Source of the DNA: Pseudomonadota bacterium
Lineage (GTDB): Bacteria > Pseudomonadota > Gammaproteobacteria > UBA5335
Assembly: GCA_045864775.1 (NCBI GenBank)
Contig: BTVR01000002.1
Span: 867,055-931,054, forward strand
DNA: 64,000 nt
Direction of reading: 5' to 3'
The position numbers and the translations under genes are program-made. Position 1 is the stretch's first letter; the number at the start of each line of letters is the position of its first letter. Below are positions 23,163-32,098 of this stretch, in pieces. The notes beneath the pieces were generated by a model. The model had not been told where the DNA came from. It searched no databases and was given only the letters and a program-made list of their open reading frames with translations.

Positions 23163-23968
23163 GTGGCAGCTCCCGTCAGATCCGTGATCGCGCTCATCCG
23201 GCCGCGGGCGTGGCGACGCAACATCTCGCCAGCCAGGGCGAGATAGGCGGCGCTGCCTTGTGCGCTGCGGTCGAGGAGCACGCAGGGCACGCCATAGCTC
23301 GGCGCCTCGGCCAGCCGGACATTGCGTGGCACGATGGAACGATAGACCTTGTCGCCGAAATGGCGCAGCAACTGTTCGGAGACGTCCCGCGCCAGGCGGT
23401 TGCGGGGATCGAACATGGTGCGCAACAGCCCCTCGATTTCGAGCCCGGTATTCGGGCCGCGCCGCACCCCCTCGATCGTGCCCAGCAGTGCCTTGAGCCC
23501 CTCCAGGGCGTAATACTCGCATTGCATGGGAATGAGGACCCCCTGCGCCGCCACCAAGGCGTTGACCGTCAACAGATTGAGCGACGGGGGGCAATCGATC
23601 AGCACATAGTCGAATGGCTCGGGCAAGGCCGCCAGGGCGCGCGCCAGCGCGGTTTCGCGATGCTCCCGTTGCAGCAGCCCGACCTCGGCCGCGGTGAGAT
23701 CGCCGGTGGCCGGCAGGACATGGAAGCCCCCCTTGTCCACCTCGCGTTGCGCCTCGGCGAGCGTGCAGTCGCCGAGCAGCACGTCGCAGGCCGTGAACGC
23801 GTCCTCGGCGACCGCAATGCCGCAGCCCACGGTGGCATTGCCCTGCGGGTCGAGATCGACGAGCAACACTTTCTTGCGGGCCAGGGCCAGGGCGGCAGCG
23901 AGATTGACCGTGGTCGTGGTCTTGCCGACGCCGCCCTTCTGGTTGGTGATTGCGATTATGCGGGCCAC
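23159..23968 (-). CDS. parA: Chromosome partitioning ATPase ParA (Soj)
   Basis: The deviant Walker A ITNQKGGVGKTTT is present. Confidence 0.95.
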   Translation of the reverse strand: MARIIAITNQKGGVGKTTTTVNLAAALALARKKVLLVDLDPQGNATVGCGIAVAEDAFTACDVLLGDCTLAEAQREVDKGGFHVLPATGDLTAAEVGLLQREHRETALARALAALPEPFDYVLIDCPPSLNLLTVNALVAAQGVLIPMQCEYYALEGLKALLGTIEGVRRGPNTGLEIEGLLRTMFDPRNRLARDVSEQLLRHFGDKVYRSIVPRNVRLAEAPSYGVPCVLLDRSAQGSAAYLALAGEMLRRHARGRMSAITDLTGAAT

Positions 23969-23992
23969 ACCGGCTTCCTCATCGTCGATCTT

Positions 23993-24637
23993 TCACGCGG
24001 ATCGCTCCCGCGCCCGATGCAAAACGGCCAGCCGTCGCACCGCATCCAGCCCCGGCACCGTCACGGAAACCACCTCGCCCCGAGCGAAGTCGGCCGGAAT
24101 CCCGGCCCATTCGTTCTCGACGTCCGGCCCCTTCATGGCCACGAGCCGGACCTCGGAACCACCGAGATGCCGGGCGTAGGCGCAGAGCTGCGCCAGATCC
24201 GTCACGGCGCGCGCCACCACGGTATCGGCCGGGCAGGCCGGACACAGGGTTTCGGCGCGTCCGTGCAGCACCTCGACATGGGCCAGCCCCAGGCGGCGCA
24301 CCGCATGGTGCAGAAACCGCACCTTTTTGCCATTGCTCTCGACGAGGATGTACCGCCGTCCGGGATCGGCAATCGCCAACGGAATCCCGGGCAAGCCGGC
24401 GCCGCTGCCGACATCGATGATCCGGGCGCCTCGCAGGTGCGGCAACACCGTCAGGCTGTCCAGCAGATGGCGCGGCACCATGTCCGCCGGCTCGCGCACG
24501 GCGGTGAGATTATAGGCGGCGTTCCATTCGGCAAGCAGGCTCAGGAAAGCCAGCAGTCGCTGCTGATCTGCCGAAGCGATGTGCAGCCCCATCGCCTCGA
24601 GCCCGGCAGCGAGCAGCGCGTCCAACTCGCCATTCAT
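23993..24637 (-). CDS. rsmG: 16S rRNA (guanine527-N7)-methyltransferase RsmG (GidB)
   Basis: The start at 24637 gives MNGELDALL. The motifs WNAAYNLTAVR..DVGSGAGLPGIPLAI are present. Confidence 0.93.
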   Translation of the reverse strand: MNGELDALLAAGLEAMGLHIASADQQRLLAFLSLLAEWNAAYNLTAVREPADMVPRHLLDSLTVLPHLRGARIIDVGSGAGLPGIPLAIADPGRRYILVESNGKKVRFLHHAVRRLGLAHVEVLHGRAETLCPACPADTVVARAVTDLAQLCAYARHLGGSEVRLVAMKGPDVENEWAGIPADFARGEVVSVTVPGLDAVRRLAVLHRARERSA

Positions 24638-25125
24638 GTCGCGCCGTCCCCGATCAGCGTGGCAAGAACCGGCCAGTGCGCGGGAAACAGTCGGCGCATC
24701 TCCTCGCGGCCGGCCATGTCGCGGTCGGCCGCATCGAAACCCGGCGCCACGGCTTCGCTGAGCAGTCCATACTCGCCGGCTTCGAGTCGACTCGCCTTCC
24801 ACACCCCTGCGGGGACGGTCAGTTGCAGCATGTGCCCTTGCGCCGGATCAGGCCCCAGCACGTGCCGCTCGAGCCGCCCATCCGGCCACACGAGCCAGTA
24901 GACGATGGGCGCGCCGGCGTGGAAGAAATGGACGATGTCGGATCGGTTGCGGTGGAGCCGGCCCGTCGGCCGCTCGCGCGTGAGCAAGTAGTAAATGCTG
25001 GTCATCAGCGGGCGGACGGCGGCGCCCGTTCCCAATCGCCGCTCGCTGGCGTAGGTGCGCCGGAAGTAGCCGCCCTCGGGATGTGGGGTCAGGCCCAAGG
25101 CCGAAATCCAGTCTGCTGCGTTCAC
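24634..25125 (-). CDS. Cupin-fold protein, DUF985 family
   Basis: LGLTPHPEGGYFRRTY..SIYYLL..HRNRSDIVHFFH matches DUF985. Its stop overlaps the rsmG start. Confidence 0.8.
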   Translation of the reverse strand: MNAADWISALGLTPHPEGGYFRRTYASERRLGTGAAVRPLMTSIYYLLTRERPTGRLHRNRSDIVHFFHAGAPIVYWLVWPDGRLERHVLGPDPAQGHMLQLTVPAGVWKASRLEAGEYGLLSEAVAPGFDAADRDMAGREEMRRLFPAHWPVLATLIGDGAT

Positions 25126-25236
25126 CCCGTGCCTCGTCGATGACCCGTCGGACCCTGGCCCGTGCCGCCAGCCTCAGGTCAGAGGCGCATTCTAGCGCAG
25201 CCCGTCGACAGGGTTGCGCCGCCGTAGAATGCGTCC

Positions 25237-26217
25237 ATGTCGAACCCATCGGAAACGGACACCGCGCCGCCCTGGCCTAGGCTCACGCTTGGCATCAGTG
25301 CCTGCCTGCTCGGCGAGCCGGTGCGCTATGACGGCGGACACAAGCGCGATCGCTACATCCTCGAGCAGCTTGCGCCCCATTTCGATTTTCGCCCGATCTG
25401 CCCCGAGATGGCGATCGGGCTGGGCGCGCCGCGGCCGCCGCTGCATCTGGTGCAGATGGGCGCGTCGATCCGGGCGCGCGGCGTGCAGGATCCCGCGCTC
25501 GACGTCACCGCCGAGTTGACCGCCTTTGGGCTGCGCGTCGCCGAGGCGGCGCACGATCTCAGCGGCTATCTGTTCAAGGCCCGCTCGCCGAGCTGCGGCG
25601 TGGCGCACGTCCACGTACATGACCGGACCGGCCGGGTCCACCCCCACGGTCGCGGCATCTATGCCGATGCCGTCCTGAACCGTCTGCCGCTGCTGCCCGC
25701 GGAAGAGGAGGATCGGCTCCAGGATGCCGCGTTGCGGGAAAACTTTCTCGAGCAGGTCCATGCCTACGCCCGTTGGCGCAGCTTGTTGGCTCAAGGGCCG
25801 ACGGCGGAGGCGCTGGTGCAATTCCACGCGCGACACAAGCTGCTGCTGATGGCGCACGGCAGCGAGCCCTTGCGCGCGCTCGGGCGCATCGTGGCGAACC
25901 TGGGCCAGATCCCCCTGGCCGAGGTTATGACGCAATACGGGCCGGCGTTCATGCAGGCGCTGCGCTACCAACCCACACGCAAGCGCCATGCGAACGTGCT
26001 CTACCACGCCATGGGCTATCTCAAGAATCAGCTCACGCCAGCGGAGAAGCGCGAGCTTTCCGAGACGATCGAGGCTTATCGGCAGGGCGATGTGCCGCGT
26101 AGCGCGCCTTTCGCCCTGATGGGTCATTATTTGCGCCGCCATCCCCACCCCTACCTGACCCAGCAGGTCTACTGGAACAGGGCGCCGCCTGGCCTCGGGC
26201 CGTGGAATCAGACGTAA
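25237..26217 (+). CDS. YbgA-family protein (DUF523 + DUF1722)
   Basis: The N-terminal ISACLLGEPVRYDGGHK matches DUF523. The C-terminal helical region with HANVLYHAMGYLK matches DUF1722. Confidence 0.85.
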   Translation: MSNPSETDTAPPWPRLTLGISACLLGEPVRYDGGHKRDRYILEQLAPHFDFRPICPEMAIGLGAPRPPLHLVQMGASIRARGVQDPALDVTAELTAFGLRVAEAAHDLSGYLFKARSPSCGVAHVHVHDRTGRVHPHGRGIYADAVLNRLPLLPAEEEDRLQDAALRENFLEQVHAYARWRSLLAQGPTAEALVQFHARHKLLLMAHGSEPLRALGRIVANLGQIPLAEVMTQYGPAFMQALRYQPTRKRHANVLYHAMGYLKNQLTPAEKRELSETIEAYRQGDVPRSAPFALMGHYLRRHPHPYLTQQVYWNRAPPGLGPWNQT

Positions 26218-26240
26218 AAAAACGCCGGGTTTCCCCGGCG
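26215..26240 (-). terminator. Rho-independent terminator for the minus-strand OMP gene
   Basis: cgccggg tttc cccggcg forms a 7-bp stem. Read on the minus strand it is followed by ttttttt. Confidence 0.75.
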
Positions 26241-26274
26241 CAACATCAGGCAACAAGAGGCTGAGAGGGTGACA

Positions 26275-27354
26275 TCAAAAGGCGTACTGCCAGCCGAGCA
26301 CGGCTGTCCAGTCCGTCTCCAATTGCGGGCCGTCCAGACGCTGGGCGACCGGCAAGAGGACTTCCAATCCCAGACGATGGCCTCGCAACGGGCCATCGGG
26401 GACATAAAAATTGGCGCCGACCCCGACATCGACCCGTTCGCCGCCTTGCGCGCGCGGATCGGCCGCCGGGGACATGCTGGGCGAAATCTGCTCGTCCCGG
26501 CCATCGATGTTGCCCCAGGCGGCCAAGGCCAGGCGCAGCGAGGTGCTTACGGCCGGCGTCCAGCCGTATGCGGCCCAGCCGGTCAGGTCGGCCCGATGAC
26601 CAAGGGTGTAGCCCTCGTCATTCTCACCGGTGCGGATCGTGGCGATGCCCTGTCCGCCCCAGGACCAGCGCTCGCCCTGACCGACATAGGTCAGGCCGGG
26701 CTTGAGATCGTAGGTCCCGGAGCCAAGCTGCATGGGGTATTCCAGGCGCATGGCCATCGGCGCGCCGTGCTCGCCATGGGGCATGTCGTCCTTTTCGGTG
26801 ATGCTGCCGGTCGGGACGCTGAGCCCCAGGCTGGCAATGGCCTGATGGGCGCTGGTCACCGGCGTCAGGCGATACAGCGCCGACAGCGACACGTCACCCA
26901 AGCCGTCCGATTCCATGTCGTAGGGTACGGGCGGATGATCGCCATGGCTGTGCAACTCGGCGCTCATGTCCATCGCGACATAGGGAATCATGGCCATCAG
27001 CGTCCAACGGTCGGTCGGGGCGTACATCACCTCGACCATGTGCATGGCCATGTCCATGTCTTTTGGCGCGTTGTGATAGCCGTAACCGCCGGCGGCCTCG
27101 CTGCTGTAGGCCTCCTGCTTGGAGACCGAGTCCGAACCGTCCAGCAGGCCTTCCTGGTGCATCGGCATGTAGCGGTAGCCGACCATCCACTCGCCGGCCT
27201 GGTGCACGTGATCGCCCATCACCCCGATGGGCGCATGGGCGTCGGCGCGCGCGCCCTGCCAGTCCTCGTGCGCCTGCGCCACGCCGGCGGCCGCGCTCAG
27301 GGCGAAGACGACTGCGATTCGTGTCTTGCGTGAAATCGGGAGGGATCGGTCCAT
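26275..27354 (-). CDS. Outer-membrane beta-barrel protein with a Met/His-rich N-terminal part (MetA-pathway/transporter-like OMP family)
   Basis: The signal peptide ends AGVAQA. GVMGDHVHQAGEWMVGYRYMPM, many alternating beta-strand-like segments and the C-terminal ..GWQYAF are present. Confidence 0.75.
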   Translation of the reverse strand: MDRSLPISRKTRIAVVFALSAAAGVAQAHEDWQGARADAHAPIGVMGDHVHQAGEWMVGYRYMPMHQEGLLDGSDSVSKQEAYSSEAAGGYGYHNAPKDMDMAMHMVEVMYAPTDRWTLMAMIPYVAMDMSAELHSHGDHPPVPYDMESDGLGDVSLSALYRLTPVTSAHQAIASLGLSVPTGSITEKDDMPHGEHGAPMAMRLEYPMQLGSGTYDLKPGLTYVGQGERWSWGGQGIATIRTGENDEGYTLGHRADLTGWAAYGWTPAVSTSLRLALAAWGNIDGRDEQISPSMSPAADPRAQGGERVDVGVGANFYVPDGPLRGHRLGLEVLLPVAQRLDGPQLETDWTAVLGWQYAF

Positions 27355-27478
27355 CGACAAGTGTCTCGCAGGTGACGGGGTCGCGTGTTCAACCATGGCG
27401 AGAAAGTCTAACGGGGAGGCCGACCGCGTGGAATGTGACACATTGTCGCACCCGCTGGCGGCGCGGGCTCGAGGGAGG

Positions 27479-27745
27479 TCAGATCGAAAGCGCCGGAGGC
27501 GCAGGCTCGGGCGCTGCCGCGACCGGGGCGTAGCCGCGGCGCTTGCAGGCGCGCACCTCGCGGTTCCACAGATGGATCGCCTCGGGATAATCGGCGCAGG
27601 GCGTGGTCCGGCGGGTGGCGCCGCCGCCCTGCGAGTCGCCCGCAATGCGCATGACGACCCAGCCGAACAGATCCGGCTGCAGCCGCAGTTCCACATAACG
27701 CGCCTCGCGCTGCAGGCGCACGAACTGCCAGGGCGTCGCCGGCAT
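27479..27745 (-). CDS. Small WGR-domain protein
   Basis: ARYVELRLQPDLFGWVVMRIAG..G...YPEAIHLWNREVRACKRRGY follows the WGR-domain pattern. It starts 4 nt after the sufT stop. Confidence 0.7.
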   Translation of the reverse strand: MPATPWQFVRLQREARYVELRLQPDLFGWVVMRIAGDSQGGGATRRTTPCADYPEAIHLWNREVRACKRRGYAPVAAAPEPAPPALSI

Positions 27746-27749
27746 GGCC

Positions 27750-28301
27750 TCAATACATTCCGGTCTGCAGCCGCGCGGCCTCGCTCATGCGGCTCTGGTC
27801 CCAGGGCGGCTCGAAGGTCAGCTCCACGCTCACCCGTTGCACCGTCGGCACGGCCGCCACCTTGGCGCGCACTTCGTCGGCCAGGATGTCGCCCATGCCG
27901 CAGCCCGGCGCGGTCAGCGTCATGCGGATGTGCACGGCGCGTCCGCCCTCGGGCAGGGTTTCCACCTGCCGGTCGTAGATCAGGCCCAGATCGAGGATGT
28001 TGATCGGGATCTCGGGATCGAAGCAGGTCTTGAGCTGGTCCTCGATGCAGGCTTCCACGGCCGCATCACCTGCGTCTTCGGGGAGCACCGGCCCGGTCGG
28101 CACCTCGCGCCCCAGCGCATCGGCGTCCTTGCCCGCGATGCGCACCAGGTTGCCGCCGTAATAGACCGTGAAACTGCCGCCGAGCGCCTGGGTGATGCGC
28201 ACCTCGGCGCCTTCGGGCATCACGACGGTATCGCCCGCGGGGATCAGGACCCCCAGGCAATCGCGGGACAACGTGGCGTAATCGGCGGGCTGGGTGTACA
28301 T
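27750..28301 (-). CDS. sufT: Fe-S cluster assembly protein SufT (DUF59/MIP18 domain)
   Basis: The start at 28301 gives MYTQPADY. The C-terminal DPEIPINILDLGLIY..MTLTAPGCGMG is the DUF59 core. Confidence 0.85.
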   Translation of the reverse strand: MYTQPADYATLSRDCLGVLIPAGDTVVMPEGAEVRITQALGGSFTVYYGGNLVRIAGKDADALGREVPTGPVLPEDAGDAAVEACIEDQLKTCFDPEIPINILDLGLIYDRQVETLPEGGRAVHIRMTLTAPGCGMGDILADEVRAKVAAVPTVQRVSVELTFEPPWDQSRMSEAARLQTGMY

Positions 28302-28309
28302 GGCGGACC

Positions 28310-28753
28310 TCACTCGGTGCGCACGGGGGTGAGTTCCCCCTTCAGCGCGGCATGCAGGGTATGCCACGACAAGGTGGCGCATTTGACCCGCGCGGGGTAA
28401 TCCTTGACGCCCGCGAGCGCCGCCAGCTTGCCCAGCCGGGCCGGATCGCCGCTGGCGGTACCGGTGAGCAGCGCGTGCATGTCCGCGAACAATGCTTCGG
28501 CCTCGGCCACGGTCTTGCCCATGACCGCCTCGGTCATGAGACTGGCCGAGGCCGTGGAAATGGCGCAGCCGCTGCCGACGAAACTCACGTCCGCGATGCG
28601 CCCGTCCTCGATCCTCGCGTAGACCGACAGCTTGTCCCCGCACAGGGGGTTGTAGCCCTCGGCGATGCGCACCGCGCCCTCCATGGGCCGGAAATTACGC
28701 GGATTGCGGTTGTGATCGACGATGATGTCCTGATACAGCTCGCGCAAATCCAT
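28310..28753 (-). CDS. sufU: SUF-system NifU/IscU-like sulfur-transfer protein SufU
   Basis: LYQDIIVDHNRNPRNF, NPLCGD, GSGCAIS and VKCATLSW are present. An ATGA overlap joins it to sufS. Confidence 0.88.
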   Translation of the reverse strand: MDLRELYQDIIVDHNRNPRNFRPMEGAVRIAEGYNPLCGDKLSVYARIEDGRIADVSFVGSGCAISTASASLMTEAVMGKTVAEAEALFADMHALLTGTASGDPARLGKLAALAGVKDYPARVKCATLSWHTLHAALKGELTPVRTE

Positions 28754-30012
28754 CAGCCCCGCCCTCCGAACAGCGCGCGCGCGCCTTCGAGCGCAGTCAC
28801 CAGCGCATCGACATCGCTGCGCGTGTTGTAACAGGCGAACGAGGCCCGCGCCGTGGCCGGCACACCGTAAAAGTCCATCACCGGCATGGCGCAATGATGA
28901 CCGGCCCGGATCGCCACGCCGGCGTGATCGAGGATGGTCCCCAGATCATGCGGATGTACGCCCTCCAGCACGAAGGAAACCACCCCGGCCCGATCGCGCG
29001 CGGTGCCGATGAAGCGCAGGCCGGGGATCGCGCTCAAGCGCTCCATGGCATACGTCGTCAGCGCTGCTTCATGGGCGGCGATCCGCTCGATGCCCAGTGA
29101 TTCGACATACGCCAGCGCGGCACCGAGCCCCACCGCCTCGGCGATGGCCGGCGTGCCGGCTTCGAACTTATAGGGCAGATCGTTCCAGGTGCTGCCCGCA
29201 AACTGCACCGTGCGGATCATGTCGCCGCCACCTTGCCAGGGCGGCATGGCCTCGAGCACCTCGCGCCGCCCGTAGAGCACGCCGATGCCGGTCGGGCCAT
29301 AGAGCTTGTGCGCCGAGAACGCGTAGAAATCACAATCCAGTGCCTGTACATCGACGCGCTGGTGCGGCACTCCCTGCGCCCCGTCGATCAGCACCACCGC
29401 CCCCGCCGCCCGCGCCTGCGCCGTCAACTCGGCCACCGGGTTGATCGTGCCCAGGGCGTTGGAGACATGGGCGACGGCGAAGATGCGCGTGCGCGGCCCC
29501 AGCAGTTGCCCGAAGGCCGCGCGGTCGATCTCGCCCGCCGGCGTGATGGGCACGACTTTCAGCGTGGCGCCGGTCTGCTCGCAGACCATCTGCCAGGGCA
29601 CGGTGTTGGAGTGGTGCTCCAGATGCGTGATGAGAATCTCGTCGCCGGGCCCGAGCCGCGGGCGCGCGTAGCTCTGGGCCACGAGATTGATGGCCTCGGT
29701 GGTGCCGCGCACCAAGATGATTTCCTCGCGCGCGCGGGCGTTCAGGAAGGCCTGCACGCGGTCGCGCGCACCTTCGTACAGGGCGGTGGCGCGCTCGGAC
29801 AGCGTGTGGACGCCGCGATGGATGTTGGCGTTGGCCTCGCGGTAGTAGCGGTCCATGGCCTCAAGCACGGCGCGCGGCTTCTGCGCCGTCGCGGCATTGT
29901 CGAGGTAGACCAGCGGCTTGCCGTGGATCTGCTGGTCGAGGATGGGGAAATCGCGCCGCACCTGGGCAACGTCATAGCGGTCCGGCAGGCTCGCGTTGGG
30001 AATTGCCGTCAT
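28753..30012 (-). CDS. sufS: Cysteine desulfurase SufS
   Basis: FPIL..VYLDNAATAQKP, SAHKLYGPTGIG (PLP lysine) and RAGHHCAMP (active-site Cys) are present. Confidence 0.95.
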   Translation of the reverse strand: MTAIPNASLPDRYDVAQVRRDFPILDQQIHGKPLVYLDNAATAQKPRAVLEAMDRYYREANANIHRGVHTLSERATALYEGARDRVQAFLNARAREEIILVRGTTEAINLVAQSYARPRLGPGDEILITHLEHHSNTVPWQMVCEQTGATLKVVPITPAGEIDRAAFGQLLGPRTRIFAVAHVSNALGTINPVAELTAQARAAGAVVLIDGAQGVPHQRVDVQALDCDFYAFSAHKLYGPTGIGVLYGRREVLEAMPPWQGGGDMIRTVQFAGSTWNDLPYKFEAGTPAIAEAVGLGAALAYVESLGIERIAAHEAALTTYAMERLSAIPGLRFIGTARDRAGVVSFVLEGVHPHDLGTILDHAGVAIRAGHHCAMPVMDFYGVPATARASFACYNTRSDVDALVTALEGARALFGGRG

Positions 30013-30024
30013 GATGAACTCCTC

Positions 30025-31299
30025 TCAGGCCGTCGCCGCAACCGGCAGGCTCGCCTCGACCCCGTCGAACACCCAGTCCAGCACGCCCGCCACCGGCACA
30101 TCCGGCAAGGCCGCGCGCGCAAACGAGGCGATGAGCAGGGCGCGGGCGGCCTCGCGGTCCAGTCCGCGGCTGCGCAGATAGAACAGGGCCGCATCGTCGA
30201 GCTGCCCGACGCTGGCGCCGTGGCTGCACTGCACGTCGTCTGCCAGAATCTCCAGCGCCGGTCGGGTCACGACTTCGGCGCGCCGCGAGAGCAGCAACGT
30301 CGCGTTGCCCTGCCGCGCGGTGATGCCCTGGGCGCCGGATGCGACCGCCACGCCGCCGCCGAACACCGCGCGGGCGCGGTCCTCGAGCACGGCCCGCGTC
30401 TGCTGCCGGCTGTGGGTGTGCGGCGCTTCGTGCCGGATGACGATCTCGTTGTCCACTCGCAGCGCGCGGCGCCCCTGCACCAGACCATGCAGGTTCACGG
30501 TCGCGCCGGGCTCGGCCAGCGCGATGTCCAGCTCGCGCCGCACCCAGCCGGCGCCGGCGTCGATCAGCCACACATCCAGCCGGCTGTCGCGGGCGCAGCG
30601 GGCCACCACCTGGCTCAGGCCAAACGCGCCGGCGCCGGATTGATCGACCACCACCAGCTTGAGCACGGCGCCGGCCTCGAGCGCGATCTCGATGGCGCTG
30701 TTCAGGAAACCGCCGGCCTCGGGCGCGCCAGCCTGATGGATCACCACCGTCGCGGCGGCCTGTGCGCCCAACTGGATGGTGACGCGCGGATGCGCCGCGA
30801 CAGCCGGCTGCTCGGCCGGCGACCACCACAGCAGATGCACCGGCTCGGCGAGCACGGCGCCGGCATCGAGCGCCAGCCCCGCGCCATGGCGGAACCCCAG
30901 CGCGTTGAGCGCGGCGAAGCCGTTCCGCTCCGGTGCAAGCTGGGCGCCGACGCCTTCGGGGGCTGTTTCCAGCGCCCACAGGCGGGCGCCGGACGCCATC
31001 TCGCCAAGGGCCTGCATCGGCACCGGACGGCCGCCGACCCAGACACGGCGCAAGGCGCCGGCCAGTTGCGGCAGATCGTCGTTGTCGACAGGTGCCTCGA
31101 CAGGCGCCGCCTCCACGGCGAAGCGTCGGGCCAGCAGCTCGCCGGGATCGGTGTAGCGCCAGGACTCGGGCACGCCGCCCGGCAGCCCCGCGGCCGCCAG
31201 ATGCACGGCGCCGCGCTCGGCCAGCGCAGGGATCGGTGTCGCCGCGCCGGCATAGGCGTCGAGCCAGGCGCGCACCGCCTCCATGGCCGCCTCGTTCAT
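30025..31299 (-). CDS. sufD: Fe-S cluster assembly protein SufD
   Basis: Assigned by its position between sufC and sufS and by the C-terminal ..CSHGASVGQLDDAALFYLRSRGL. Confidence 0.92.
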   Translation of the reverse strand: MNEAAMEAVRAWLDAYAGAATPIPALAERGAVHLAAAGLPGGVPESWRYTDPGELLARRFAVEAAPVEAPVDNDDLPQLAGALRRVWVGGRPVPMQALGEMASGARLWALETAPEGVGAQLAPERNGFAALNALGFRHGAGLALDAGAVLAEPVHLLWWSPAEQPAVAAHPRVTIQLGAQAAATVVIHQAGAPEAGGFLNSAIEIALEAGAVLKLVVVDQSGAGAFGLSQVVARCARDSRLDVWLIDAGAGWVRRELDIALAEPGATVNLHGLVQGRRALRVDNEIVIRHEAPHTHSRQQTRAVLEDRARAVFGGGVAVASGAQGITARQGNATLLLSRRAEVVTRPALEILADDVQCSHGASVGQLDDAALFYLRSRGLDREAARALLIASFARAALPDVPVAGVLDWVFDGVEASLPVAATA

Positions 31300-32048
31300 G
31301 CGCCCGCTCCGGCCACCACGGCGCCGTAACCCTCGGCCTCCAGCTCGCGCGCCAGTTCCTTGCCGCCCGAGCGCACGATGCGCCCGCCCGCCAGCACATG
31401 GACGAAGTCGGGGGTCACATAGTCCAGCAGGCGCTGGTAATGCGTCACCAGGATCATGGCCCGGTCGGGCGAGCGCAGGGCCTCGATACCGCGCGAGACC
31501 ACCTTCAGCGCATCGATGTCGAGGCCCGAGTCGATCTCGTCCAGGATCGCCAGACGCGGCTGCAGGATCAGCATCTGCAGGATTTCGTTGCGCTTTTTCT
31601 CGCCGCCCGAAAAACCCTCGTTCACCGAACGGCGCAGGAATTCCTCGGGGATGCCCATGAACGTCATCTGCTCGCGCACCAGGCGCAGGAACTCGAAGGC
31701 GTCCAGCTCGGGCTCGCCGCGATGCCGGCGCTGCGCGTTCAGGCTGGCCTTGAGCAGATACACGTTGTTCACCCCCGGGATCTCGACCGGATACTGGAAG
31801 CCCAGGAACACCCCTTCGCGGGCGCGTTCCTCGGGCGCCATGGCGAGCAGATCCTGGCCCCGGTAGCGCACCGTGCCGCCGGTGTGCACATAGCCCTCGC
31901 GGCCGGCCAGCACCGCCGCCAGCGTGCTCTTGCCCGAGCCGTTCGGCCCCATGATGGCGTGAACCTCGCCCGCGTTGACCTTGAGGGTCAGGCCCTTGAG
32001 GATGGGGCGATCCTCCACGCTCACCTGCAAATCGTCGATCTGTAGCAT
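31296..32048 (-). CDS. sufC: Fe-S cluster assembly ATPase SufC
   Basis: The start at 32048 gives MLQIDDLQVSV. Walker A GPNGSGKST, the ABC signature FSGGEKKRNEI and Walker B ILDEIDSGLD are present. Confidence 0.95.
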   Translation of the reverse strand: MLQIDDLQVSVEDRPILKGLTLKVNAGEVHAIMGPNGSGKSTLAAVLAGREGYVHTGGTVRYRGQDLLAMAPEERAREGVFLGFQYPVEIPGVNNVYLLKASLNAQRRHRGEPELDAFEFLRLVREQMTFMGIPEEFLRRSVNEGFSGGEKKRNEILQMLILQPRLAILDEIDSGLDIDALKVVSRGIEALRSPDRAMILVTHYQRLLDYVTPDFVHVLAGGRIVRSGGKELARELEAEGYGAVVAGAGA

Positions 32049-32098
32049 GGATCTTGGCTTCCCGAGGGCCTGCGCCCGGTCTGGTTTGAAAAGTGACC

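Noticed and set aside
22181-25236. Possible oriC near the parAB-rsmG cluster.
   Set aside because: There is no mnmG/mioC-type intergenic region, and I saw no cluster of DnaA-box-like (TTATCCACA) sequences or AT-rich unwinding element. The intergenic spaces here are very short.
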